Position numbers and translations under genes: made by a program | Part shown: positions 12,219 to 23,760 of the stretch, one piece after another | Numbering within the stretch: position 1 is the first letter of the stretch | How the letters are laid out: every line of letters begins with the position of its first letter | Assembly: GCA_013239625.1 (NCBI GenBank) | Contig: MU053379.1 | Location: forward strand, 1,656,866 to 1,720,865 | Length of the DNA: 64,000 nucleotides | Direction: 5' to 3' | Source of the DNA: Lama guanicoe | Lineage: Eukaryota | The notes under the pieces: generated by a model | Databases searched by the model: none | What the model was told of the DNA's origin: nothing | Seen by the model: the letters and a program-made list of their open reading frames with translations, nothing else

Positions 12219-12345
12219 GAAATCAAATGGACTGGCTTCGTTCACACTACCTGTGTGACAAGGCGCATGTCACTCCATCTCTTTGAGCATCACCTGCAGT
12301 CTGGAGAAAATAATTCCTGTCTGGCAGGATGATTGAGCAGGTCGA
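12219..12345 (+). mobile_element. MIR remnant (host of the L1 EN fragment)
   Basis: ctacctgtgtgacaaggcgcatgtcactccatctctttgagcatc...aaaataattcct resembles the MIR core; its left part lies at ~11501-11532. Confidence 0.55.
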
Positions 12346-13657
12346 TATGGACCACCAAACAATAAATACCACCCATATTAAACAAGGGCTTCTGCTGCCC
12401 AGAGCGAACGAGCCGAGTGAGGCAGCTCGTGTTTGGTTGAGCCAGTGCAGTTTTTTTTTTACAGAGACTCTTGTTTAAAGTCTTTGGGGTAAACCCTCCG
12501 AGAGAGAAAACTTTGGGGTGTCCTTCTTGGAAAACAGAAGAAATTTTACTGCCAGGATATAACCTTTGAATCTGGGTTATCATTTTGGCCTCAGCTTTCA
12601 TTTTTGATCTTTGAGAGAGGGTAAGGTAGGGACGAGAAAAACCCAGGGAAATTTCTAGACCGAATTAGTGTCTTTAATCCTGAACTTTTGGATAACCATG
12701 GAGGACCTCTGATGGTCTCTTAAGCTAGGATATTTGAGTTGCAGAGGGAAACGTATAGTTTAGGAAGAGAAATTCCACCACTTTAATGGGAACGTTGACA
12801 TAGACAGAAGGAGTTGAACATCTATCTGGGGCCCAACACCTGGCTGATGGGGTTGTAGAATTGCCCTTTGGGGTCCACTCTGTGTTTGTTTCTGGATAAG
12901 AGGTAAGAGAGTTGGCCAGTGAGAAAAAGGCCTTGTTTGCATTATGTTCCAGTATGTTTCCATGCCGTGAGACCTCTTTGTTCCAAAAATACCATTCTGT
13001 GGAAGTCTCAACACCTCTACTTGCTACAGAATTCACCCAGCATTAGAGCCTGGCTGAACACGAATACTTAATAAGTGACTGTTGGATGGATGGATGGATG
13101 GAAGAACTCACCTTTGCCAAAGGATGCTCATCTCGTACAGAAACAGATGAGGCCATTGACTAAGCAAGGTTGGAATCTTAGGACGTACACACAGAAAGGG
13201 GTCTTAGGAGACACTTTGTTCGGTTCTCTCAGCTGATGAGGAACTAGTCTTCGAGAGATGAAACCGTCTGGCCTGGGCCACCCAGGCAGCGATGTGCAGA
13301 CTTCGCAATGCGCCCAGGGGAGAATCCAGCTCTCCGTCTGCCGTGCCAGCATTCCTTCCGTTCTAGCCTGCTGGCCCCTCTCTTTTATTGCTAAGTTACG
13401 ACGTGTGGCCAGGTAGTGTGCTGGCCTGTTCCACACTCTCAGCATTTTACCTTCATTGTGTGTACTGTTTGCTTTGGAAAGCTTCTTAAGTTATCAGAAT
13501 TTCCATAAAGTCCTGGATTTCATAATTATATGTATGTATATTTATAATTATTATTATATAATATACACTATATAAATGCATATATATATATATATAAAAT
13601 TATCCAACCACTGCACAAAATGACTTTCTGATCAGTCAGTTAAGCTGCACCCATCCC

Positions 13658-13685
13658 ATTGGGGCCTCATTGTTTCCATGGTAAC
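13658..13685. promoter_or_regulatory. Consensus RFX X-box with an adjacent inverted CCAAT box
   Basis: GTTTCCATGGTAAC at 13672-13685; ATTGG at 13658-13662; AP-1 TGACTCA downstream at 13840 and 14044. Confidence 0.55.
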
Positions 13686-14429
13686 TAATGCACTGCAAAG
13701 TGTGGAGCTCAGAGAGAAACGCGGTAGAGGGTTAGAAACAACACCATATATGAACATAAATAAAATGTGCCTTCGGAGGGGGCGCGGGAGAGGTCTGCAA
13801 GGTTTTTAATTGATGTCTGCTTAGGAAAATCCCTGCATCTGACTCACAGCTTTGCTATTCACAGCAATCGAAGCTCTCTGCAGCATCCGGGGCATCACGT
13901 CCTTCCTACTAACAGTGTGGAGGAGCAGCGGAGATGTGTGTACCTGTTACTGACAGAGGAGGTGAACAGAAGTGTTCAGGTTGCCCATTTTCCACTGGCA
14001 TGGAGACTTTAAAGGCCAGCTCCCTCCCCCAACATTTGCCTTGTGACTCAGATGAGCAAGTGAGCGCTCCCAGCCCCCGCCTGGGGCTGCTGAGATCTTG
14101 AGTCATTAAGGATATTGCAGAGCTGGGCATCCAGCTGCCTGGACATCTTGTTTTTCTTGCTCTGTTTTGATTTTTCCTTCCTCCAGCCTCCCTGCTTTTT
14201 CTGTTTTGTGTCTCCCTTCCTCTGATTTTTCTTTTCTGTGAATGTTTCTAGCTCCCACCTACCTGTGACCCCTTATTTTATCTGAATTGCCCACGTGGCC
14301 ATTCACCCCAGAACTTCGTTGCTGCAGGCCCTTGCCTTATCCTCCCTCCCGCAGCACAGTCCCCAGGACAGCGCCGCTGCCTTCTCCTGGCTCCCAGCCT
14401 GTGAGCCATGGCTGCCCCACCGACGAGCC

Positions 14430-14575
14430 TAGGCCAGCGGCCTCAGATTTGAGCGTGTGTCAGGAGCTCCTGGATTGCTGGGCTCCGGCCCCATGATTTC
14501 TGACTTGACAAGTGTAGGGTGGGAAGGCAAGTGAGGATTTGCATTTCTACTAAGTTCCCAGTTGAACCACTGGCC
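14430..14575. mobile_element. MER5-type DNA transposon remnant
   Basis: gattgctgggctccggccccatgatttctgacttgacaagtgtagggtggg...atttgcatttctactaagttccca. Confidence 0.65.
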
Positions 14576-15084
14576 TAAGTCAAGCATGGGCCCTGCATCA
14601 TTTGACATCTGTGATTCTCTCTCTTTCTCTTTTTGTTGTTTGCAGATTTGCTATCGTGCTGTACACAGTTTTGCATCCTGCTGGGGTGGTATTCTCCAAG
14701 CCCCAGTGCAGACCAGCTCTGAGAACTTAAGTCTTGCTTGAGGGCAGTGGTAATGGGGAAAGGGTTTTACTTTCTCTGAACCGAGTCAAAGAACTTATGG
14801 CAAGTGAGTCTGCGAGTTCCAGTTGGAAAAGCCAGGCTTGCCTTAGCTCGCTTACACCAACCTGAGCTCAGAAGTGAGGATGGGGCACAGCCCAGCTTCT
14901 GACAGCCGGGATGCGCTCAGGCCGGGCGTGAGCTGAGCTACATCCCAGAGGACAGCCAGAGCCTGGACTCATCCTGCCAACAGCCCACGAAGGGAGCACT
15001 TTCTGCACGAGGCGGGGGCAGGGTCAGCCTGGATGCACCGCCTCGGGTGGGTCCCGGACGTGCTGGAGGAGGGGGGCGTGAGTC

Positions 15085-15150
15085 ATGGCACAGAGAGGCT
15101 GGAGTGAGCACGGGGGCCGCCTCCGAGGGTTTCCAAAGCATATTGAGGGG
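15085..15150 (+). other. Candidate first coding exon (MAQRGWSEHGGRLRGFPKHIEG), unassigned
   Basis: GTCATGG (G at -3 and +4), 22 open codons ending at GGG|GTAAGT; preceded by GC-box-like motifs and AP-1 TGAGTCA (15079-15085). Confidence 0.25.
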
Positions 15151-16214
15151 GTAAGTGTTTCTGCATGAAGGAAGTACTGCAAGAGTCTCACCTCCATTTC
15201 CCGGGGTCGGGGGAGAGTTTTATAGCAAAGTATGTAATTTTAAGGGGGAATAGCTTATCCCTGAAAGAGCCCCATGGCATCCCCCAGAACACCAACAGGT
15301 CCACGTCTAATTTCAGCTGCTGCTGGGGGACGGTCTGTTGAAGTCTCAAGGGTGTGAGCGTGTCCCAGATGCGTGTGTGTGCATGTGTTTGAGTGTACTT
15401 GCTTGTGTGTGTGCATGTGCACCAAGCATGGTTTGTTTGGCCTCTTCTGGGTGACTGTAGATGGTGACCACAGTCCTGCATTTTGGGGGGCCCTCATCAG
15501 AGCTGCAGACATATTCCTGAATCTCACAGGAACACTGAGTGGGAGAGGTGGGTTTGAACCGGGTGTCATGGGAGCGGCGAGCTGCAGGCACACAGCTCAG
15601 AGCTGCTGTGTGAGTGGAGGGAGGAGTGGCCACAGGAGGATTCTGGGCATCACACAGGGCAGGTCTTTGTTATCTGTTTGCAGTGTGGGATTCCCAAGTT
15701 AAAACATGATTCTGTTGCTGGAAAATGATCCAAAGCCATTGGGTGGGGTCTAAAACCTGCCTTAGCGAGCATGAAAGCTTTTCCCCAGGGCAGGTGTGAG
15801 CAAGGCTCTCCTCTCCCACCGGTGTGGATTTGTTCCACTCGTGGCCGGAGGAGGCAGGCGGCCCCATCCTTCGGGTGGGATGTTGAGCCCTTAGCTTCGG
15901 GACATCCTCCGTTCTCTCCGACGCTGCAGGAGATGGGGCACCAGTCCTCACCGTACACCGCGCCAGCTGGCCCCGTCGGGCGCAGCCTGGAGGAAACTCA
16001 CGGTGCTCTTTCCACAGCATTCCTGTTCCTCTAGTGCCAGGTGAGAGTAACCCTCAGGGCCAGCAGGGAAGGGGGACAGGAGCCACAGAAATGTACCAAG
16101 CTGCTCAGACTGGCCTTGGGAGGGGTCTGCGTCCATCAGGCAGGGAGGATCGCTGCTTTGCCATTTCTGAGTGGGAAGTTCCTGGCGCTCAGAGAACAGC
16201 AGGAGGGTACTGGG

Positions 16215-16345
16215 CTGCTGCCTGGATTCCACCCCTGGAGAGTCTGATTCAGGGTGTCTGGGGTGTGTCCTGGCATTTGTATGTTTTTCACACACTTCCT
16301 GGATTACTTTGATGTGCAGCCAGGTGTGGGAATCACCACCACCCT
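16215..16345. mobile_element. MER5-type remnant
   Basis: tgcctggattccacccctggagagtctgattcagggtgtctggggtgtgtcctggcatttgtatgttttt...ctttgatgtgcagccagg. Confidence 0.7.
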
Positions 16346-16889
16346 GGGCACGTTACTCTCACAGCAGGAGCCACTGTGGCCAATTCCGGCATCTTGAGGC
16401 TGTGGGCGCCCACCTGTGGTGCCCGCTTCACCCCGTCCTCGGGGGACCAGCGGCTCTTGTTCTTGCAATTCAAGGAAGAGGCCAGACTCCTCTGATGGGA
16501 GCTTCCCACAATGGGGGCAGAAGAGCAGGTTACAGCCCAGACTGGACTGAAATAGCCGCCAGTGACCTTGCCTGTGGCTCTTTTATGTCAATTTGAAATG
16601 TCCCGAGTTCTAAAGTTTCTCAGGGGAGTAATCAAGGCAACCCGCTCAGCTTTCTTCTCTAAAGCCGTGTGTCATTGCTCCTCCCTGATGAGACGTTCAA
16701 GGACACTCGGGCCTGTTTCATCCCAGAAAAAAATAGAAACACAGACTGAGGAAGGCTTTGCTCAAAGCAGAGGTGAGGTCCCAGGGTGTGAAGAGCTGGG
16801 ATGGGAGAGGGGAAGGGAGGAGAGGGCCGTGACGAGGAGAAAGTGGGATGTGGAAAGAATGAAACAGGCTGAAATAAACCCAGGGCACG

Positions 16890-17270
16890 GCCATCAGCCA
16901 TTGCTGGTGCCTTTATGAACTCAGTGACCTGTCCAGGCCATTCGCTGTACTCAGCCGCTGGGGGGGCTGGTTCGGAGGGTCCGGGTGGCTTCTTCTCGTG
17001 GCTGGTGGCTTGGCGGGAATGGATGGGAGGCTGGGCTCAGCTGGACGGTTGACCGGAGCACCTACACGTGTCCTCGCCATCGGGTGGCCCGGGGTCCCAG
17101 AGGGGGTGTTCTCGGGAAGCAAGCTGCAGCTTTCCTTCTGATCTTGCGTTGGAACTCCCGGAACATCACTGCCGTACTCTCTTGGACAAACAAGTCGCTA
17201 AGAGGAGTCCTGACACAAGGAGTATACGCATTAGCGCATTAGCGCAGGAAAGCCGGTCACGTTGCGACCG
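16890..17270 (-). mobile_element. MLT1 LTR remnant, CpG-enriched
   Basis: ggaggctgggctcagctgga...agctgcagctttccttctgatcttgcgttggaactcccggaacatcactgccgtactctcttggacaaacaagtc. Confidence 0.55.
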
Positions 17271-17329
17271 CGCTAGTGGCGGACAGAGCACGTGACCGGC
17301 TTTCCTCCGCCGCACCTGCTCTACGTTCT

Positions 17330-17525
17330 CTTTGCTGCGGCGGTTGTCGCCGCCCACACGCCACTTAACGTGCCTGCTTATCACGCTCGCCACTTGCTGT
17401 CATCTGTCCGCTCCTGAGGACAAGGTCCACGGAGGCAAGCCTGCTCGCCTGTCTTCGTCACTGGTGTGTCCTGAGCCCCCACGACGGGGCCTGGGATGTA
17501 GTCGGTGCTGACTTAACATTGGTGG
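17330..17525. mobile_element. L2 3' remnant, CpG-enriched
   Basis: aaggtccacggaggcaagcc...tgtcttcgtcactggtgtgtcctgagccccc...cctgggatgtagtcggtgctgacttaacatt. Confidence 0.65.
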
Positions 17526-17529
17526 TTTG

Positions 17530-17690
17530 GGGAATGAGTTTTCATTTCCTCTTCTCACCACCCTGTGAGAAAGCTTCTCTGATTACCTCCATTTTACAGA
17601 TGAAAACTTCAGGCCCAGGGAGGTCAAGTCACTCATTCAAAGTCACCCAGCTAGTGAGCAGCCAAGCCAGCGCATGACCCCAGGTCTCTC
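17530..17690 (-). mobile_element. MIR
   Basis: cctcttctcaccaccctgtgag...ctccattttacagatgaaaacttcaggcccagggaggtcaagtcactcattcaaagtcacccagctagtgag. Confidence 0.85.
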
Positions 17691-18504
17691 TGATGTAGCC
17701 TTGTAGAGCAGAAACTAGTTCAATGCCAGCTCATAAGAAGGCAGGCAGGGAGCAGTAATCACGGCCTTCCCTTGCTTCTCAGGCCAAGTTAGTGCCAGGC
17801 TGGGGGCTCAGAGCTTTCCCTTGAAATGGCTGATCTTATGCACTAGCTGTGCCTCCTTTTTACCAAAGACCCCCAGGAAGAGGGCTGTGGGGCCCTGAGT
17901 TGGGGTGAGCCTGTGGCCTCCCAGCGCTGTGGGCACTGACAGTCCGTGTAGGGCTCTCGGACGTGAGGAAGGGTCCCCCTCCTTTGTGATGCCAAGCCTG
18001 CGGAGCTGTGATGGGCGCAGGGTCCTGCACTCCCGCTGAGTAATTCTGCGTAACGTCCTCCTGGCTGTTTGGATGTGACACGTAGTCTCTGTTAAGGTGA
18101 TGTCGTGACCTAGGGGACGATGTGGCTGAAGCCACCTCAAAGTGGCCACGGGCTGGTGTCAGGCCAGGAGCTCGTTGGTGCCAGTTGGCCACCAGATGAG
18201 CATTTAGAAATTTCTGTGGCATTTTGACGTTACTGCAACATCTAGGCTTGTGATGTGTTTTGCAAAAGTGTTAGTTCACGATGGATTGGGAATAAAACAA
18301 AATGGACCCATCACCATGGAGACCACGGAGAAGCAGCACTGTGCTGGGAACTGCGGGCCATGTGTGGAAACAGCAAGGAAACACTCCTGGGAACCTCCCA
18401 TCTGCCGCCTGGCCCTGAGTTTATGCTAATGAAGCAGCGAGGAAGGCGGTCAAGTCCCCCGCATTCCCGCTAACTCAGCTCTTCCTTCTCTGGGCTTTGC
18501 CTCT

Positions 18505-18790
18505 CCCAGTGGTTCTCAAAGGGTGGCCTTCTGTCCGGCAGCATCAGCGCTGCGCAGGCATGTGTCAGACACAGTCCTACCCTCCCTCCCCGCATCGGGA
18601 AACCTGGGGGCCCAGCAAGCTGCTTCCACCAGCCCTCCAGGGGGCTCTGATGCTTGCTTGAGAACATCATCACAGACGCTTTTATTCTCTGCTGCTTTTG
18701 AGCAGGTTTCTGTCTTCTCCACAACCATATTCTAAGCCTCAAGGGCAGAGACCCAGAATTCTGCATCTTCTGTATCTTCCGCAGCCCTAG
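18505..18790. mobile_element. MER5-type remnant(s)
   Basis: cagtggttctcaaagggtgg...gcagcatcagc...ccagccctccagggggctctgatgcttgcttgagaac. Confidence 0.6.
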
Positions 18791-20149
18791 CCCAGAGCTG
18801 GGGGGGGGGTGCGAACAAACCACCCACTGGCATAGCCTAGCTCCTGAAGTTTCATCGCGATGCTGTGCCCATTACACAGCCAGGCAAACCAAGGAGCAGA
18901 GGGAGCACGATAAAACTTATTTTAGGGCCAGACACTGGAAGAGTTGGGATGAACAGTCTCTTCCAATGCTCCCTGGCATCACTTCCACCAGGAGGAGAGA
19001 ATCAACTCCCTTCACTAGTTTCACCACCCACTAACTCCCCTCCCCAGTTCTGAGCTTGCCCGTTGTGGCCTTTGGTAGCGCCAGCCACATCTTTTAAATA
19101 TAAAAACAAAAAGGTTGAGGAGCTTCCCAAAAGAAGTGACTAGCTCTGTTTGGCGATGTGGGCAGGGAAATCTGACCTCTGTGGTCGTCACTGCCCACTG
19201 CAGACAACACAGGTAGCTCTGGGCGCTTTTTACATGAAAAGATGCTCTAACCATCTGTTCTGGAACTTCCCGCTGGTCATTAAGTGGTGTCGTGACACAT
19301 GCCCTCAGAGGACCGCCAGAGTGGGACCACCCCTTCCCGATGGTGCCAGGGATTCTGATGGTGGGGTTGGCAGGTGCGCCCTCCTGCCCCTTGAGTCCAG
19401 ATCTGGGGGAGTGGCTGGGCCACGATGCTCTGGGTCTTGGAGCTCTGTCCTGCTGATGGCCTGCTGGGCAAGGGAGGGAGAGGCTGGAGAGAACATACAT
19501 GAGCTGGCAGATCTCCTGTCCTCACTCCGACTAGTTGCAGTAACTTGAGTCAGGAGATGGTGCAGAACAGAGCTGGGGAACCAGCTGGCTTCCGCACTGA
19601 GGACCCCAACTCCCACTGGGACCTGGCCCCACGTCCTTGCCTCTCCTTCCTCTGTGGGGACGAGCAGGTGGCAGGTCCTAAAGCAAAGCCACCCTCACTC
19701 CTAGCGCCCCCTTGTTCCACCGGGGAAGGCTGGTGGCCCCCAAGCTGATGGAACCTGGGAGATGCTCTAGGGCAGACCGGCAGGGCTGTCTGCATGTCCC
19801 TCTGCTCTCTTTCCTTCTATGAAAATCTGATGCTCCGTGGCTCCAAAAGCTATGCTGGTGGAGGCAGCACCTCCTAAAAGGAAATGTCCCTTAGACAGCT
19901 TTCCTTCCCCCTGCTTTGTGTGTCTTGAGGAGTAAACTCAGGCACATTACGTGTTGCAGGCGCTTCTGACTGAGGGCTGGTCACCCCCTTGCTTGATGCC
20001 AAACCTTCTAATCAAAGGTGACTCCATCTCGGTCCCTCGCTCCCTCGTGCCCTCACCTCTACACTGGGTCCTTGCTCACGTGCTGGCTGCTCTTCCTCCA
20101 ACACACCCAGCTCCTGCCCACCTCCAGGCCCCGTGGGGCGGCTCCCTTT

Positions 20150-20475
20150 GCCCGAGTCATCTGCGGGCTTCTCTTCCTGTGCCTGGACCCTTTCCCAGCT
20201 CAGGTCCACGCTCAAACGCCATCTTCCCAGAGAGGGCCCTCGTGACCACATACAATGTCACCTGCCTTCCTCTGCCTGTCCCTCCGCTACCCTGGCCCCG
20301 GCATGTGCCCTGCTTTATCTCCTTCCTGGCACCTGTCACTCTGCCTTTGCTTCTGCATTTGTGAGCTGCCGTCTACCAGCCTAGGGAGAAGGCTTCCTAA
20401 AAGAGGGACCGAGTCTGGCTTGTTCCTTCCTGAATGTCCAGGGAGGGACGTTATACATGGCTGATGTGCTGTGAG
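20150..20475. mobile_element. L2 remnant
   Basis: tcaggtccacgctcaaacgccatcttcccagagagg...tgctttatctccttcctggcacctgtcactctg...agaaggcttcctaaaagagggaccgagtctggcttgttc. Confidence 0.65.
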
Positions 20476-20511
20476 TGTTGGTGGGACGGTGATGAATTTG
20501 GAGACAAGAGG

Positions 20512-20860
20512 CTGATTTGTTTTCTGTGGTGCTGTCACAAGTTACCGCAACCTTGGTGGCTTTAAACAAAATAAATTTATTCTCGCACGGTTCTGGAGTC
20601 CGGAAGTCCAAAAGTCCTAGCTTCACAGAGCTAAGGTGTCGGCAGGATCATACTCCCACCAAGGACCTGCAAGACATTCCTTGCGCCTTCCAGCTTCTGG
20701 TGGTTGCTGGCGTCCTTGGCTCGGGGCCGCATCCCTCCAGTCTCTGCCCGTGGCTCTGCACTGCCTTCTCCTCTGTGTGTGTCTGTTTCAGAACTTCTTC
20801 CGCCTCTCTCTTATAAAGACGCACGTGATTGCATTCAGGATCCGCCAGGATAATCCAGCA
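20512..20860 (-). mobile_element. MLT1 LTR (MLT1B/C/D-like)
   Basis: gctgtcacaagttaccgcaaccttggtggctttaaacaaaataaatttattctcgcacggttctggagtccggaagtcc...cttataaagacgcacgtgattgcattcaggatcc. Confidence 0.85.
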
Positions 20861-21429
20861 GATCAGAACATGTACCTCGCTCACTGCACAAAACTGTTGG
20901 TAAGATCCAAGGACATTTGCAACAAAATGTCTTGAAACTGAACATTTCCCTCCAAATCCTTATTCTTGGTGACTTCTAGAAGAATGCAAGAGGCAGCATA
21001 AAAGAGAGGTTTTGCACTGACAACCAGGATGCTCCCAGGCCACCACTGACGTGTGCCATGGTGCAGGGGAAACCTATTCTGGCCCCAGTCCCCTGGGTGC
21101 TGCCGGCCGGGCAGCCTCTGTTGGTGTCACAGCCGTGCTCTGACAGCAGCTGCCTGAACTGATGAGGGCTTTGCTGAAAAATAAGACGAAGCTAAAATAG
21201 TCTGAGGGTTGTAGCTCTCCGGTGGTTTTTCAAGCTCAGCAAAACAACTTGCTTTGTGTGCAAGATACCAGTCCCTCTGGCAGGAAGCTTGTGGAGTCTC
21301 TCCAGTAGGAGAATCTAGGGTACAACTTGAGGGCAGAGATGAAGGAGGGGCAGGCAGGGGACCCCTGGAGGCCGTGGGAGGGAGGGCGGGAGAGAGAATA
21401 CCGAGGATGCCCATGGGGCATGTGCTGCT

Positions 21430-22265
21430 TCCAAGTGGAAGCACCTGGGGAGTTCAAACTCCAGAACCTGGGCCCCACCCCAAGCATCTCATGTAATTCT
21501 GGGTGGGGCCCAGGCATCGGAGAGATTTTAAAGCTACCAGGATGATTCTAGCGCATAGCCATGTTCAAGGTCACACTAGGCTGTGGTGTAGCCAGGATGT
21601 GACTCCGCCTGGACGTGATGGACATGGTGGTCTCAGGTTTGCGGGTTCAGCCAGGTCATTGAATGGGGTGAGGGCAAACGGGGGGTTTTCTTGGGAGCAC
21701 TGAAGATGCACACACACAGGTCCCCAAGTGATTTGTATATAAAACAGGGGCACCCCAGCTCTCAGGGTTCTCTGGATTTGGGGAACTGTGGCCCCTGGGG
21801 ACGACCTTGGGTGTGAGCAGGTTTTGCCTCCTGGTCCCTGCTCAGGTCCTGCCAGGTCTCCCTCCCTTCCCATCGGTGCGTCTCAAATTTCAAAGCACAC
21901 ATGCACGGCGGGGCTGCGCAGGAGCAGGTTCGGATTTGATAGCTGTGCGGGGTCAGGAGGGGCTGAGAGCCAGCATTTCTCAAACTCCCGGTGCTGCTCC
22001 TGGTCCCCGGGCCCCATCTTAAGGTGTAAGGAGCACAAATGTCGTCTGCTTTAGAGTTCATGTCAGCAGGCTTTGCCCTGGAACCTTCTGGAACTCAACG
22101 GGGCGACCTCTAGCGGCAGCAGGCTTTGTTAGGAGCGTGTGAGAAATGTGAATTCTCAGGCCCCTGCCAGGCCTCTGAGTCAGGATTCGGAGGTGAAAAC
22201 ACCTGGCAACCTGTGGTTTGACAGCTTTCCAGGAGATTCTGATGCCCCCTGATTTGAGACCCGAT
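21430..22265. mobile_element. Cluster of three MER5-type copies (~21430-21570, 21875-22025, 22110-22265)
   Basis: ctggggtggggcccaggcatc...ttttaaagctaccaggatgattcta; gctgagagccagcatttctcaaactcccggtg; gaaatgtgaattctcaggccc...tgtggtttgacagctttccaggagattctgatgc. Confidence 0.65.
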
Positions 22266-23049
22266 TTTTTAGGACACTGAAGCTGCATAAAGCTTGCTGG
22301 TCACTGACCACGGCTGAGGGTGTGTGGGAGGCCGGACGCTGCTCCGGATTCTCGGGGAGCCCTGAGCAAAACCAGTGGCTCCAAGGGGCCTCCTAGGACC
22401 CTGCGACGCTAGAGCTGGTGGGAGATTCAGTGCCCTTGTCGGCCCCGGGCTTGGGGGCCGGGCCCCCCGGCCCGGCTTCTTCAGGCTGCCCTCCAGCCCC
22501 AGATGCAGCAGCTATTTAAAGTCTCAGCTGAATAATATTTTCCGTCGTGAGGCGCAGACTTGACTTAGGAGTCCTTGGGGGCCACTGAGGGTCATGTTTC
22601 CAGCTTATCTCTGACCATCTGGACCCAATTCCCTGGGACAGATCACCGGTCTCTGTTTTTTCCTAATTGAGGCCTAACTGAGTGGGAGGGAGAGGGGGAG
22701 GAGGGACAAGGACCTAGAATGTCCCCTGCCCTAGCACGAGCCCTCCCGGAGCGCATGTAATCGTCACAACCCTGTTTGTGTGACAGGGTGTCCACCTTTG
22801 CCCAAATCCACATAGCTTGTCTGGGGCGGCCCCTGGTCTCAGATGGAAACCTCTGGGCCCAGCGGGCTCTGTCCCGGCCCCGCTGCGTGTTAGGGGAGGC
22901 CTCTCGGCCTCCTCCTCCCTCCTCCCTCGCAGGCTGTGAGCCCACCACCCTCAGGGATGGATGTCAGATTTCGGGTTGGGTGCTTAACTGCCAGGGCGAC
23001 CAGGACGCTCCTGCCTGCTCCCTGACACGGGCAGGGGAGCCTGCCAGCA

Positions 23050-23760
23050 CGTCCTGGGAGCCGCGGCAGCCATCGGCACCTCTGGGCTAGAGGGGTGAAG
23101 CCCTGATCACCCTTTGTCAGGCTCCCAGCAGCAGCCAGCACGTGGGCCTCCTCCCCAGAACCCAGAGGAAAGCAGCCCCTGCTCTGGCTCCCCAGGACCA
23201 GTCTGTCCGGACACCCGGGGCAGGTCGCCTGCAGCCAGGCCCTCAAAGAGGGCTCAGGTGCTTGCACGCTCGCCGTCCTTGGGTGGCACCCGGGACACTG
23301 GCTCTGAGCTGGAGGCGCAGCCCCTGGGGGCGTGGGGGTGGGCAGATGGGCCAGCTGAGCGACCTGTCATCCGCACAGGCCTGGGCGGGATGAAGGCCCG
23401 GGGCTGGGCTGTGCGCTCCCCAGCGACCCGATGCTCAGGTAGGGGAGCGGCCGGCCAGCTCTCGGGCGGCTGGGATGGCAGGGCGCGCGCCTGGGCCTGA
23501 CGGAGGGCCCGCGTGGACACGGCACCCGGCATGGTCACTCGTCGACTGACAGCGGGCTTTGGCCGAGGGGCCGGGTCTCGTGAGGCCGCAGAGCCAGCGT
23601 GCCCGTGAGCTAGGCCTGAACGTCCGCGGGCTTGAATCAGCCCCAGGCGCACAGAAGGCCGCGGTCCCCCGGGACCCAGTTCCCGCGACTGTGAAGAGGC
23701 ACTCCTGTTAGCACGCGTCCTGTTGTGTGGATGACAGGAACCACCGCGCGGAAAGAAGTT
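23050..23760. other. CpG-rich island-like patch
   Basis: Dense CpG (gggcgcgcgcc, cccgcgtggacacggc, cgtcgac, ccgcggg, ccgcgcgg); no convincing exon. Confidence 0.5.

Noticed and set aside
11818..12258. Domesticated endonuclease gene
   Set aside because: It lacks the N-terminal part of the EN domain, has a frameshift and stop upstream, and has no splice signals; kept only as an atypical insertion.
22510..22530. CTATTTAAAG as a MEF2/TATA element next to an E-box
   Set aside because: It mismatches the MEF2 consensus and such short motifs are expected by chance.
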